A DNA stretch of 44,874 nt, the filler included, from Jimgerdemannia flammicorona (lineage: Eukaryota), in the NCBI GenBank assembly GCA_003990765.1. It is 2 parts of 2 records of this genome, joined end to end, with 100 filler letters (N's around TTAATTAATTAA, not from the genome) between each part and the next. Parts side by side here need not be neighbours in the genome. Positions count along the whole stretch, not along the records: positions 1 to 22,392 come from RBNJ01001288.1; 1 more part is not named here. One strand, 5' to 3'. Below are positions 1 through 12,188 of this stretch, piece by piece. A program made the translations under genes and the position numbers. The notes below the pieces were generated by a model. The model searched no databases. It was not told the origin of the DNA and saw only the letters and a program-made list of their open reading frames with translations. Every line of letters starts with the position of its first letter. Position 1 is the first letter of the stretch.

Positions 1-43
1 CCCCCCCCTCAAAAAAAAAAAAATTACAAGTGTCCCAACCCAC

Positions 44-2091
44 CGTCAATTGCCTAGGCTTCTCTTCCGAATTGGCGGCCTGCTTTTGCTCGCGGTAGGA
101 TAGCAAAAAGTTCTTCAGGTTTTCGGCGTACCGATGTCCTTCCTCCGAGAGATCGGCATCGGCCTTATATGATCTTTGATTTAGGGATTCGCCGTTCTGC
201 GTAGTGTCGGTAGATTAAATAAAATGAGATTTCGACCTCATAAAAACACCACCCAACCCCGCCCCCGAAATGGTTAATTGCGTTCAACGCACGTTCTCAT
301 AAAACTAGTACGACGAGTTCACGGCGACACGACGGAAGAAGTGCGGCGATCAGGTGGAGTACATAAGTTTTCATAGTGTGTGGCGTGCACGTAAGAAAAA
401 GAAGAATTGCAAATGTGGTTGGGGATGCTCACCCGCGCGAAGTAGATGGTACGGGGGTTGATATGCAGGTTCATGAGGTAGTAAACGATACGGGACTGGA
501 GGTGTAGTGGGGGAAGAGAGTAAGGATGGCTCTCAAAAACAATTGGTGCACATATATACACCCTTCAGCTTCGCCATATTCCCGCACCCAATATCCCATT
601 GGCAACAATGTCCACCGCATTCATATACCCATCCCCGCAACCTACCTGCAAGTACCCGTTAACGTTGTTGACGATAATCTGTTCTCCCACATTCATCATC
701 TTGACGAAGCTGAGCTTCAGGTCGGTGATGGTTTCGTAGTAAGGCTCGTGGGCGTCGATACGGCCCTGAAGAAGGGGAGTGGAAGGACGATCGGTCAACT
801 GTATCATAGGAACCCCTAAATATTCCAAGGTATGTTATTAAAAGTGAGGAGTTTAAAGTACCTTAAAATCCTTCACGGCCTCCTCGGGGTCCCATCCTAT
901 GTACTAGATAGTGGTGGTGGTAGAAAAAATGCGTTAAGTACATCCAGACAAACGAAACTGAGAACGAACAGGACTCTCCGGAAACATGTCACGGGTCCGT
1001 CAATGATGGCCAAAAAAAAAAAAAAAAAAAGAATACGCACGTCCGGCGACGATATCTTGACACTCCGTATGTTGGCCTCAATAATTTCACTCTTGTTACA
1101 TATTGATTCTGTACGTGTCAGAGATTTAGGATTACGGAGAGAATTATATGATGAGATCATTGTAGATACTATATCATACTACTTTGTTTTGGAGAATAAG
1201 AGACGTCGTCGTGCTTACCAATAAACACCGCCTAAGCACCAGAGAGGAATGAAAGAAACACATTAGAATACGAACATGGCTGGTTTGCTTCCCATGCACC
1301 CACAGATCGAGCCATTCCAATCACTTCTATTAGCCCAGTACCCTTGCTCGCTTAACGATTAATATCCCCTCCCCGCAGCCCTCTAGTAATACCTGTATAT
1401 GGTTCTGCGTCAACAGCTCCTGCAGCAGCCTCCTACGCTCCTCAGTGGTATTGCTTGCGTCGTAGATGCCAACCTGGCCGCCGCCGTTCTCGAGCCAGTC
1501 AATCATGTCGCGCAGGCACTCCTCGGCAATCTCTTGACGCTGAGCGGCCGTGTTCAAGTTGCCTATTGTTGGTGGAGTAAAATGAGCGGGTTGGCGGGCA
1601 CGCAAATTTTTAATAGGAGAGGGAGGGAGGGGTGTGTTTTATGGATTAGTGTCGTCTTCACTCGGTTGGTTGAATGAAAGATATAGTTTGCCTAATTCAT
1701 CCTCTCCGATTCGCACCTGACGCGCCTATACTCCTTTTTCCCACTCTCAAATATCCGTCATATACCCTCTAACAAAGCGTTTACGATACAAACATACCAG
1801 GAGCGAAGAAGTCGTTTGACCGTGTTCCAATTCTCTGACGACGATAATTCCCCACGCTAAACACCTTTGTTTGCACGCCGAGCCAGCGCAGGTAGCGGCA
1901 CAGGGAGCGCGAGACGTGGGTCTTGCCTCGGGCTGGGAGACTGACAGGGGCAGTGAGTGCAGTCAGTAGAGCAATTACAAACGGATCAAGGAAGAGAGAA
2001 TGGAGAGAGATTGATACCCGACGGTGATGATTGCGATAGCGCCGGCATGGAAGAGACGGCCTGTTGTTGTCTTGTAGAGTTGAGCGGCCAT
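44..2091 (-). CDS. 6-phosphofructo-2-kinase/fructose-2,6-bisphosphatase family protein (YLR345W-like clade), 5' part; the gene continues beyond the left window edge
   Basis: Phase-consistent GT-AG exons 2091-2018, 1940-1798, 1562-1393, 1231-1219, 1108-1041, 903-862, 765-646, 495-433 and 196-44 translate to [47 protein letters not shown] (P-loop) ... [13 protein letters not shown] ... FIESICN ... [12 protein letters not shown] ... [29 protein letters not shown]. These are hallmark 6PF2K motifs followed by the start of the histidine-phosphatase domain. Confidence 0.93.
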
Positions 2092-4448
2092 TGTCTTGTC
2101 AACTGGCATGCGATAGCGGATCTAGCGGATCTAGGGGGTTTTTTTGGGTGAAATGCGCCGTCACAGTCTGGCGATCAGGTGACCAGTCCTTCCATGACCA
2201 CTTACAGGAACACCCTTTCCCGCCTTCTACCCCACTCAAAACTAATGTCACACAACACTATCCCTCACGGTATCATCTACTTTCTTCCAGAGATTGCCCG
2301 CGACCCGCCCTCAATCGTCGGCCGCAGTGTCCGCGTCAACGGCACGTAAGTTTCTCCACAACTAAGCCGATTCCAGACACATACCCTTCTCACCCTTTCT
2401 TCCACCTCCACCTCCCAGCCTAGTTTCATACGACGTGCACACGAACCGAGCCGTTATTGAGCACGAAGGAGCCCGACTTCTGGTCGATACGTCACTGCTG
2501 GGGACCTTCCCACACCGCATCCGGTCGCTATTTCAGTGGATCGGGGAGGTCGAGGCGTGCGAAGAGGCAGTGGAGGTAGAGCTACTGTGACGAGCTTTTC
2601 ATACTCAAGAGAACGAGATTACTGCGTGCTGGTTTTTTTTTTTTTTTTTTTTTTTTTTGGTACGGAATGCATGCCGGACTTCTTGATGTTTTATTTCCTC
2701 TTCGCCCCCCTATTTTCTTATATAGCCAACACCACCTTTGGTTCTCCGCGCCCGCGTGGTCCGAAACGTGGACGGTCTAGACCTGCAACTGTACGAGCAA
2801 GCCGTGCAGCTGCGGCGGCGGTTCGAGCGGACGGGGTTCCGGTTCGACGTGGGGGCCGGGGTGTAGTGGACCTGCCGAAACGAGCGGATGTGGTGGATTT
2901 GTGTTGGACGAAACTATCGCGTAGAGATGTGGAGTGCGTAACCGTCATTCGTTTTCTTAATGCCCAATCGTCATTCTGTCAATTCGTGTTAATATCTATT
3001 ATGGAATTCGGTATCTTCGCTTAATGTTGCTCGCGCGCGAGATACCTTTAAGCTTGCTGTGAAGACTTTCAACTTGTTGCGATGATTAAATGACATATAC
3101 GGCAAGCCAACTCTCACGATATGGCATCCAAATATTTTGCACAGTAGGAAAATCGTTCTCGTTCTCAGAGTGTCGAAAGAATATGATCAGTTGTTTCCAT
3201 GATGTGCTCGGTGTAGGCTAGAGAGTGCAACTCCGACGAGGGGCGATTCTCTGAAACAGAGTTGAATCTTTAAATCAGACCTGCGAAGCACTGTGTGTGG
3301 CCTGCCACGATCACTCATCTCGTATCAAAACCGTTATATCAGTGCTTTCATTGGAAATTTTAGAATATCATAAATATACATCTCTTGGGAATTTCAAAAC
3401 CCTCCGTGTCAACAACCTTTTTGGTATTTCATGACACTCGCTTGCTTATAAATAGGAGTTCCACAAACTGAACTTTGCGGCCTACTTTGCGTGTCATATG
3501 TTTGCGGCGCTGATAGTGGACGAACATATTGTCAGTGGTCACCATAGAGTTAGTCAAGTTGCAATAGAAACCCTGTTTGAAATAGTTCAATTTACAAGGA
3601 AAGTTTTCAAAGCATAAAAATGAAAAATAAACGGACTACCAGCCCGGACGATAATAACTTGGTCTCCAAATCTTTCGGCGACCTCGAAAGAGATGCGGGG
3701 CTTGATGTACGATACTCCGGGTGTCTGGACTGTCGTCGATTGTTCGACGGATACTGTAGTTCACTCGGATTGGATGCTCCTGTTTGTAGATGCTCCAGGA
3801 TATAATTATATATATTTTTATTTTGGGAGTCTGAACTACCCCATTAGGATTGGCCACAACACACCAAGTTTTGGCGAAATCGACCTGCACTTCCTTTTAA
3901 GTCGACCATAACCTTGGCTTTATAATTTGGCTTCACACCATCCGTCTTAAACACCCTTCTTCCCCTCCTTCTCGTAAGTATTTTTTGATGTGTCCTATTA
4001 GCATTCCCACTGATTCCGCACGTGCTCAGGAAAGACTACAGCGACATACTCTAGAGTATGGAACCAGACGATCACTCGAAGAAAGGGTGGATAAGACCTA
4101 AGACCATCTACCGACATTCCATCTCGTACGGAGAACTAACCACGACTATCGGTGTTCGCTCCTTTGCGCGTCTCCTAAGTCCTCAAGAGTTAAGGATTCC
4201 AAGGTTTTTTGTGTACGTGTTTTTTTTTTTTTTTTTTACTCTGTTTATGCCTGACACCCTCAGTTGTTTTCAGCGCGTTTTTAACGCGTTTACGTGTATT
4301 TAGCTATTCTGTCCAACATTTTGGTACCTGAGATTCAATACTTTTGCAACTACGACTTGATTCTATTCTGCATATCTACTCATATGTCTCACTCTCATAT
4401 CTCATTCACATTTTTGATAGACTGAACCATCATCCAAATTTCCGAATA

Positions 4449-5400
4449 CCGCGTGTTTTCGAACTACGCGATGTACAAAGGTCAGCAAGAGACCTTCCCT
4501 CGTGGGAGTTCACTTTCCTTTGGGGGAGCAACGCACCCTTCCTTCGTGGGAGGATCCGAACTACGCGACATACAAAGGTCAGCAAGAAATTCTCTCGTGG
4601 GAGCTCTCTTTCCTTTGGGGGAGCATTGTATCCTTCCTTCGTGGGAGAATCCGCGTGTTTTCGAACTACGCGACGTACAAAGGTCAGCAAGAAATTCTCT
4701 CGTGGGAGCTATCTTTCCTTGGGGGAGCATCGCATCCTTCCTTCGTGGGAGAACATCACCCTTCACCCTTCCTTCGTGGAAGAATATCAGTCTTCACGGA
4801 GAATCCGCGTGTTTTCGAACTACGCGACGTACAAAGGTCAGCAAGAAATTCTCTCGTGGGAACTCACTTTCCTTTGGGGGAGCATCGCATCCTTCCTTCG
4901 TGGGAGAACATCACCCTTCACCCTTCCTTCGTGGAAGAATATCAGTCTTCACCCTTCCTTCGTTGGAGAACATCAGTTTCACCCTTCCTTCGTGGGAGAA
5001 TATCAGTCTTTACCCTTCCTTCGTGGGAGAATATCAGTCTTTACCCTTCCTTCGTGGGAGAATATCATTCTTTACCTTCCTTCATGGGAAAATATCAGTC
5101 TTTACCCTCCCTTCGTGGGAGAATATCAGTCTCTACCCTCCCTCCGTGGGAGAATACCAGTCTCCACCCTTCCTTCGTGAGAGAATATCAGTCTTCACCC
5201 TTCCTTCGTGGGAGAATATCAGTCTTTACCCATCCTTCGTGGGAGAATATCAGTCTTCACCCTTCCTTCGTGGGAGAATATCACCCTTTCGTGGGAGAAT
5301 CCACGTGTTTGCGAACTACGTGATGTAAAAAGGTCAGCAAGAAATTCTCTTGTGGGAGCTCTCTTTCCTTTGGGGGAACATCTCATCCTTCCATCGTTCC
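4449..5400. repeat. Composite minisatellite: ~100-160 bp long units plus about 13 copies of a 30-31 bp unit
   Basis: The long unit CCGCGTGTTTTCGAACTACGCGACGTACAAAGGTCAGCAAGAAATTCTCTCGTGGGAG recurs near 4449, 4556, 4651, 4805 and 5301. The short unit ACCCTTCCTTCGTGGGAGAATATCAGTCTT(T/C) is tandem from ~4890 to ~5300. Both share the core TCGTGGGAG. Confidence 0.92.
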
Positions 5401-5446
5401 CTTCCTTAATGAAAGTACATGCCATTCCTTACACCTTTCGTTGTAG

Positions 5447-6434
5447 GAACAATTACCCCCAGGTCACGCCAATAAACCACTCGCAAGAATAAGTGGATGG
5501 ATGGAGCCATTTGTCCACGTCGAGGCCCAACCATCTTCCACGAACCATGATCGAAAGCTACCGTATTCCATCCATCTTGGGTTTTGCCAGAGTTCGACTG
5601 CATGTTGGATCTACAGCACAGGCCACTGGTAAACCGTCGCAAAGTGTATTACATTAGAATGAGGATTCTTAAAAGGCATCTGCTTACTTGATCCTCTTGA
5701 AATGTCTAGTATTTCGTCGGTCGGACTTTGAAGATGGTGGGGAATTCGAACACGGCTAAAGTCATCAACACGGTTTCTGCCGCCGCCCACGGTAAATTTT
5801 CTTCAAATGAGTGCTCGATAACAACGTATTCCCTTTGCTCTGCTAACGCATTCTAACTCTTTCTCAGACGGTCTTCGCTTTGGGTGGCGCCGAATGGTAC
5901 AGTCTCGCGACTAGTGAGATGGTTACTATTTACATGCGCGGCCTCGCTGGGCATGTCATCCGCAACGCCAGTTGGCAATACGAGGCGTGCTCTACGTTGG
6001 ATGTTGTTCCTTATGTTTTCGTCAGTATTTTGCCTCCCCGTATTCGGCCTGGCTCTGCCTTCTCACACGTTCAAAGCTACATTCACATCTTCGCCGAGGC
6101 CGTGCTGTCGAGTGTGGATGGAATCGCAGTTAGTGGGACGCAAGTGCTCCGATATATGGATCACCAGATCGGAATGCACAATCCGTGTCTTGAAACAATA
6201 ACGAGATTGACGCGAGGCGCGATGATCCGTGGTCGTGGTGTCGAACTCCTCTACCGTCTGGACCGCATTAATTACGAGAGGGTCCATCTCCGAGAAGAGG
6301 GGCAGCAAAGGGCAACATCGACGAAGCCAAGATTGAGAAGATGCTTCTATGGGCTCAACGGGTCGTTGATTTGCCAAACGACGGCGAGAAGACTTTCGTC
6401 GCCGCTTGGTCGAATCCCGAAACTCGATTCTAAG
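5447..6434 (+). pseudogene. Possible degenerate multi-exon gene of unknown function
   Basis: Exon-like blocks sit between pyrimidine-rich AG acceptors and GT donors (e.g. ~5710-5791 YFVGRTLKMVGNSNTAKVINTVSAAAH, ~5868 onward TVFALGGAEWYSLATSEMVTIYMRGLAG). A frameshifted tail reads AKGNIDEAKIEKMLLWAQRVVDLPNDGEKTFVAAWSNPETRF*. No family recognised and no clean spliced ORF reconstructed. Confidence 0.3.
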
Positions 6435-7120
6435 TCCGAGGGAGTAACATGGATGCGTATAGACTAGCGAGATGCATGCGTGCGAGATGCGTGCATGCAT
6501 ACTGGCAAAATTAATGGCTTCTAGAAGCATTTAATTTCCACCCCTTTGGTTTGCTTATCCCTTATCACCCTGTTCCGACGGACAACCATTCGTCACGAAA
6601 GTATCTAAATTTATTCAAGGTACAGGTAGAGCGCATCGATATTGCTGAGGCAAACCAGAGCGTTCCGTGCTATTGAGCACTTCCAGTATCGGAGAGAAGT
6701 ACACCAGAGAGACGTTGACCACAATACGGTACTTTATCCCACAAAGCCACAACGTCTTCTCCGTCCCACCCCTCGCCCACCCACATTGTATCTTCCCGCA
6801 CCACCTTCTCGTTTGCCACGTTTCCGACGTCCATGACCGCGTCGCCTCCCAGAATGCCTAGCCCACCATCTTGGGGTTTGCTCCTCCACGTATTTCTACG
6901 TCAAATCGAAATGTTTGGAATTTCTTATACAAGGAATTTCGTTCGGGATGGATATCATGATATGCGGTTATGTTACAAATAAAATGCAGTCCGCCACCGT
7001 TTGGTGAAGGAGAGCGAAGGGAGGAAAAAAAAAAAAAAAAAAAAAATCTAGAGGTCCTTGAAGTCAAGGATATGTCCAAAAAAAGAAAAAAACGTCGCCG
7101 AAAGGGATAGCCGTAGAGCT

Positions 7121-8239
7121 TCAAGCAAACAGGCCGCACGAAATCAGGTTCCGGAACCAGAGTCGGGAGGGCATATTGGGTGTCTTGGATAATCGCTTCC
7201 CGCCCTGGGAGGGCTTCTCGGGGGTTCGAGGCGCAGGTTCCGCAATAGTCACAGGTTTCTCGCTCGTCGCTGGGGCCTGAAGAATGTTAATTATTAAACG
7301 ACTCGCGATTCATCGGTACAAGTATGCCAGTTGACCGAACATGTTGTCGTAACCTGCAACCCTGCTTCCTATATAGATATTGGACGCACCTGTAACTGTT
7401 GCTGTCGCGCGGCGGAGATGGAGCTCCGACGTATGGCTTCTTGCATGAAGGGCATGGTGTCCAGGGCGGCAATGGCCTCGTCGTATGGAAACTATTTGTG
7501 TATCCGGATGGTGGATGAAAAGAGAGTTCAGTCTTGCTCTCATCTCGTGTTAAACACGCGTGTCCCAAAATTCCAGTGAACGCCCAATGGTGAACGCCCA
7601 ACCGTGGTGAATACCGACCCACTTCCTGGTGCGCTTGGTGTCCTCGGGCCACTTTTCCAGCAGCTCATCGACCTCCATCTCGTAAAGCCAGAAGACGGCG
7701 GCGGGGCGGCCGTCGGTGACAACGACATTCTTACGCATTTTCTTGTATTGGTCCCAAGTACCGAGGAAGCCGGTGATTCGCCCGCGTAGACCGGCTGGGT
7801 GTAGAGGAATAGGAGAGGGCGGGATTTAATATGGGGCGATTATACGATGCTGAGCAAAATCATGGAGAAAAGAATGAACTTACCCTCTTCATACGTTTCC
7901 CTCATCGCAGCCTCTTCCTTAGTTTCATCGGACTCCCATCCGCCCTTTGGCTACAAGGTGACCGGAATGGAATTGTTTTTTTTTTTTTTTTTTTTTTTTT
8001 TGGGAGGGTTGACATCATGGTGCATATCATCGACTTGCAAAACCCCGCGACACTTTCGCCCAAGGAAGAGAGCGACAGGTATGTGGAGATTTTCATACCA
8101 GGATCCACTGGTTTTCGCGCTTGGTGCGTGATATGAGGAGGATCTGGCCCGTCTGCGGGTTGATGGGAACGCAGCCCGCGACCTGACGAACGTTGTTGCT
8201 GTCGTAAACTTGCTTCTCGCGACCCGTCCGTGCCTCCAT
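7121..8239 (-). CDS. DDP1: Nudix hydrolase, diphosphoinositol-polyphosphate phosphohydrolase (DIPP/Ddp1/Aps1-like), ~213 aa
   Basis: Exons 8239-8099, 7950-7884, 7794-7619, 7491-7390 and 7276-7121 give [26 protein letters not shown] ... [28 protein letters not shown] (complete Nudix box) ... [14 protein letters not shown]. The N-terminal [10 protein letters not shown] and the WPE..R.R.W motifs are typical of the DIPP subfamily. The last exon is less certain. Confidence 0.9.
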
Positions 8240-9216
8240 TTGTATATGTCTAGGTAGTTGGATGAGTGGGTGTGGTATGTAAGACGATGGTTTGTAGTGT
8301 GGCGAGGTCGGGAATGGACTTATGCACGTCAGGAATGACTTTTATGACTTTTAAGGTGGCTCGTGCGCGGTGCGCATTTCCGCATCATACTGTTCCTGGC
8401 CTGGCCAATGATGGTGCTCGCAGCATACACGTGTACATAATCGATGAGATTTTCAAAAAGGTACCAATCCAGATTGGCTTTTCAATAAACTTTGTCTCAT
8501 ATAAGCCCAGCCCCTCACGTGAGGGGGTGATCGGCAAGGTGGTAGGGCCCCAAAGTCATGCGCTCATTGTTTTTCTCCACCCGTGTGTGAGCAACCCAAG
8601 GTCACCTGCTCCATTTTCCCGCCGAAATATATAACGTCCGCTTGTACTCTATACGGGACACCCAATTCGTCCCAATCGCCAATGGCGTAGTGCGAACGAG
8701 ACACGTGTGTCCGAAGCACCATACAACACCCACCCCCCGCATATTGCCATCCGCCCTAGTCACAAAGCGTGGAAACCAGCCAGAATGTCCACCCCGCCTC
8801 ATGCATCCGACCCCGTTTATGCATTGTAAATCTTTTTCCACAGACCGAAAGGGAGGCCGCATCTATGTGAAACAACTACCGCCTTGCATCGAGCCAAACC
8901 ATGGGGAACATAGTTTTTCGAGGGTCGGCAGGATTAAATGATGCCGACAGTCGGGTCTATCCACCCCCGTCCCCCGCGATCGTCCACGAAATCTCCCGCG
9001 ATCTTGTGCCTCCTCCGCAGTCCAGAATTGGCCATCCATCCAGCCAGCCGGATCGAACAGCTCACGTGTGCGTGAGCGCAACATGTCGGACGGGTGGACC
9101 TTTACTGCGCATCCCGGCGCGGCCATCCGGTGCCGACTGTGACCGACCACCGTGTGTCCCGCGACGACGGCAAGGAGAGTATGCCAAGGAGAGTATGTCA
9201 AGGCAAAGGCATGCTT

Positions 9217-9301
9217 CTTGGCTCGACCGCATTCGGTATATCAAGGCGCCTTGGCTTGACCACATTCGGTATGTAGGCGTCTTGGCTCGACCGCATTCGG
9301 T
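9217..9301. repeat. Short tandem repeat, ~32 bp x3
   Basis: CTTGGCTCGACCGCATTCGGT occurs three times with minor variation. Confidence 0.7.
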
Positions 9302-9555
9302 TGGCCGAGATCAGCATTGCTCTATTTGTCTATTTGTATATATAATTATTAGGCGGAGGTTAGTTTTGGTATCTCTCCACCTGATTCAGGCCGAATGCAT
9401 AAGCAGTCTGCTGCTGGTCTGCTGGGTCCTGGGTAAATAAATGGGTTCCAATTTTTTTTTTTTTTAAAAAAAACGTGACCCATTTGCAATGCAGGTAATA
9501 CAAACGATTCAACAAAATTTCAGCACGCAACCCGAACCAATAGTATACATTTTTA

Positions 9556-10635
9556 TTATTCCCGCCACCAATTCCTTTTCTCTGGACAATTTGACTTTTG
9601 ATGCACTCTATACTTATTCCGTCGCCAATGCCCCAGCGTCCCTGATAAATGATTTGGTTCGCAGAGCGTATTGCTACAAGCGTAATTTCGAAACGCAATG
9701 CCCAGCGGGTCATCATCAGAGTTACTAAAAACATCAACGGCGCCGACTATGCGCGCCAATCGGTGGGCATATTAAATCGACGTCAATGTATTGTGAGTCA
9801 TCTTCCTCAATAGTTTACGTGGCTTTCGTGCGACAATATCGATGCTCACTTCGGTGCCGTCAACATCCTTCAATTCGAGCATAGTCAGACGTGCTTCCAT
9901 CGGTGGCACGTTCGCGGACCGACCCCAAGCCCAGCTGATGATGCAAACGAGTAGGTCATATTCGTTCGTTGCAAAATGGCCTGTCCTTGTGGTTTGGAGC
10001 ATGTAATCCATCGCCGTGGGTTCCAGCTCATCTAGGTCTCCGATGGCGAGCGACCCTTGAGCGAATTGTTTCCAGAATAATATCGCACATTGTCCACGGT
10101 GTCTTTTGGAGACACGGGTGCGAAAGTAATACGGCAGCGTGCTTTGGATCGAAGTTAGCCAATTCTCCAATAAGCCTCTCCAGCTTCTCCTGAAGTTCTG
10201 GCAGGAGCAAGAAATCTGCCGCAAGGTACGCTTCGATAGCTGTAAGGGGCTCCGTTCCAACGGGAAGGCTGTCGGTGTGAATGTAATGTAGGACCAGCCT
10301 AACCGCTGGCGACCTGATATGTTTCAACGTAATTTTCTTGTGCCTAGATTCGTACGTTTCTCTTTGGCCAAAGAGCATTTTCTTGAAGAAAAGACACCTT
10401 GCCGAAAGGAAGGCTTTGTTGGCACCGATTTCAACATCATCGGCGCAGTATATGTATATGGCAGTCGTGGAATGCTGTGTCGTTTTGAAGAGTTTGAATG
10501 GCGTCCACTAGCAACTGTGGCGGCTTCACGGATTCTGGCAGGTTCGAGTTCTTTGGACCCCTTTTAGGAGTTGGCGGCCTCTTTCCTGCTGGACGGTTTG
10601 ATGGAGATGAAGTTGGTTGCGGTTGACTTTGTATA
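9556..10635 (-). pseudogene. BTB/POZ(-BACK-like) protein pseudogene, paralog of the gene at 11137-12188
   Basis: Fragments in shifting frames: IQTLQNDTAFHDC / YCADDVEIGANKAFLSARCLFFKKMLFG...YLAADFLLL / SLAIGDLDELEPTAMDYML...YDLLVCIISWAW / LARIVGAVDVF...AFRNYAC. They are collinear with the intact paralog; at least 3 frameshifts (~10455, ~10070, ~9770-9790). Confidence 0.82.
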
Positions 10636-11136
10636 TTTCCCTTTATGTGATATGCAGTAATGGAAAGCCTAGGAGTGAAACAGTATTAGGCGCAAAAGTT
10701 CTGGAGAAGCCAACCGCTTGCTTGTTTTCATTGATGGTCACTTGAATGTTGGTAAACTTGTCGGATCTACCTGCCTTAACATGTACAAGAATGATGCTTT
10801 GCCCTCCATCAATCTTGTTCCTTTTGCCCCCTATTGCAGGTTCATACAATATTTGTTACTGCGATTGTATCAAGGCAGTCAACCGTATGTCTTGAAGAAG
10901 CAAGTTTATGATTACATGATAAATGGCGAACTATCTGGACAGATCACTTGTGTCAGCGAGAGTAAACAGAAAGAAAAAGGTGGGGGTAAAAGGATGGAAA
11001 GGCAAAAAGGGCGGAAAGGGCAAAAAGGGCGAAGGAGGATTTTTGGAAAATCCCGCATCACATGACTTTTGCGCAGCCAATGGCCCGAGTGTACGTGCAT
11101 CCCATCGCTTATCTGGTCGCAACGAGAACCGCCTTC

Positions 11137-12188
11137 ATGTCGTTCGTAGAGAAACTTAAAAAAAAAATCCTTAACCCTTCGCTTATGAATGACGGTCAGT
11201 CCATGCCACACTCGTGTTCTCACGGTCTCTTCCTAGCCTGAGCCAACCAGCTAACGCCTCCACAGCTGATCCGAAAACTCCCAGAGACCTCAAAGCCGAC
11301 ATCAAGGCCCTTCACAACGACGCCCGGTTTCACGACGTCGTCATCCGCTGTTCCGACGGGGTGGAGCTCGGCACCAATCGGACGATCGCGGCGAGCCGCT
11401 GCGACGTCTTCAAGGCCATGCTGTACGGCCCGATGCAAGAGGGGCGCTCCCGGATCGTCCAGCTGAACGAGATTGGTTCCGAGGCGTTGGACATCGTGCT
11501 CTCCTACATGTACACCGAGAAGCTCCCATACATGACACGAACGACAACAGTGGATGTGTACGCGGCAGCGGATTTCCTGCTCCTTGACAATATGAAAGCC
11601 GCCGTCATCGAGTCGATGGAGTGCGGGTTCCGCACCCTGGACGTCTCGTTTTATCAACGACCCCTCTCGCACGCCTGTTCCGTCATGCCGCCCTCTGCGG
11701 GGAACAAGGAAATGTACGAGCTTCTCCTGCAACCATTCCAGGACCAGAATATCAACCTCGGGGACTTGTCGGAGCTCAGTGTGGAAGCGATGGAGTACCT
11801 CCTGACGCAAACACACCACACGACGTTCAAGACGACCGAACTCGGCGTTCTCCTCAGCGTGATCGACTGGGCCTGGAAAATGTGCGCGGAAGCGCCACCG
11901 CCGCAGGATCGCCACAGCGTGCTGGCCTCGCTCGACATCTCCACCGGGTGCGGGCCTGTCATCGCCATCGCCGATCCGGAGCCTCGCACCCTGCTGCTCA
12001 GGATGCTCGAGCACATTCGTCTCGACCTGGTATGCCCCCATCGACTCTCCCGTATCATGGAGGCGGTGGACGTATTCGCCGTTTATGAGAGATCGCCGTT
12101 TTTGGTTGCGTTTCAGAAATTCGCTTGCGGGATTGAATGCCCGCCGGCTCATCCCTCACGGCGCCGTGGAATCGAAGGATCGTCCTAG
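11137..12188 (+). CDS. BTB/POZ domain protein with BACK-like helical region (putative Cullin-3 adaptor), intact
   Basis: Exon 1 11137-11194 (MSFVEKLKKKILNPSLMND). Intron 11195-11265 has a GTCAGT donor, CTAAC branch point and CAG acceptor. Exon 2 11266-12188 reads FHDVVIRCSDGVELGTNRTIAASRCDVFKAMLYGPMQEG...LSYMYTE...YAAADFLLL, a BTB signature. The splice explains the missing in-frame ATG of the 324-aa ORF. Confidence 0.88.

Noticed and set aside
2536..3024. GC-rich ORFs upstream of the PFK2 gene
   Set aside because: No recognisable domain and no convincing splice into the PFK2 start; may be promoter or UTR sequence.
4449..5400. CRISPR-like array or real protein-coding ORFs (273-291 aa in three frames)
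   Set aside because: Units are contiguous without unique spacers, there are no cas genes and the context is eukaryotic. The ORFs arise from a stop-free repeat whose peptides rotate among frames.
11220..12152. 310-aa minus-strand ORF and other overlapping ORFs
   Set aside because: Antisense shadows of the GC3-rich BTB gene.
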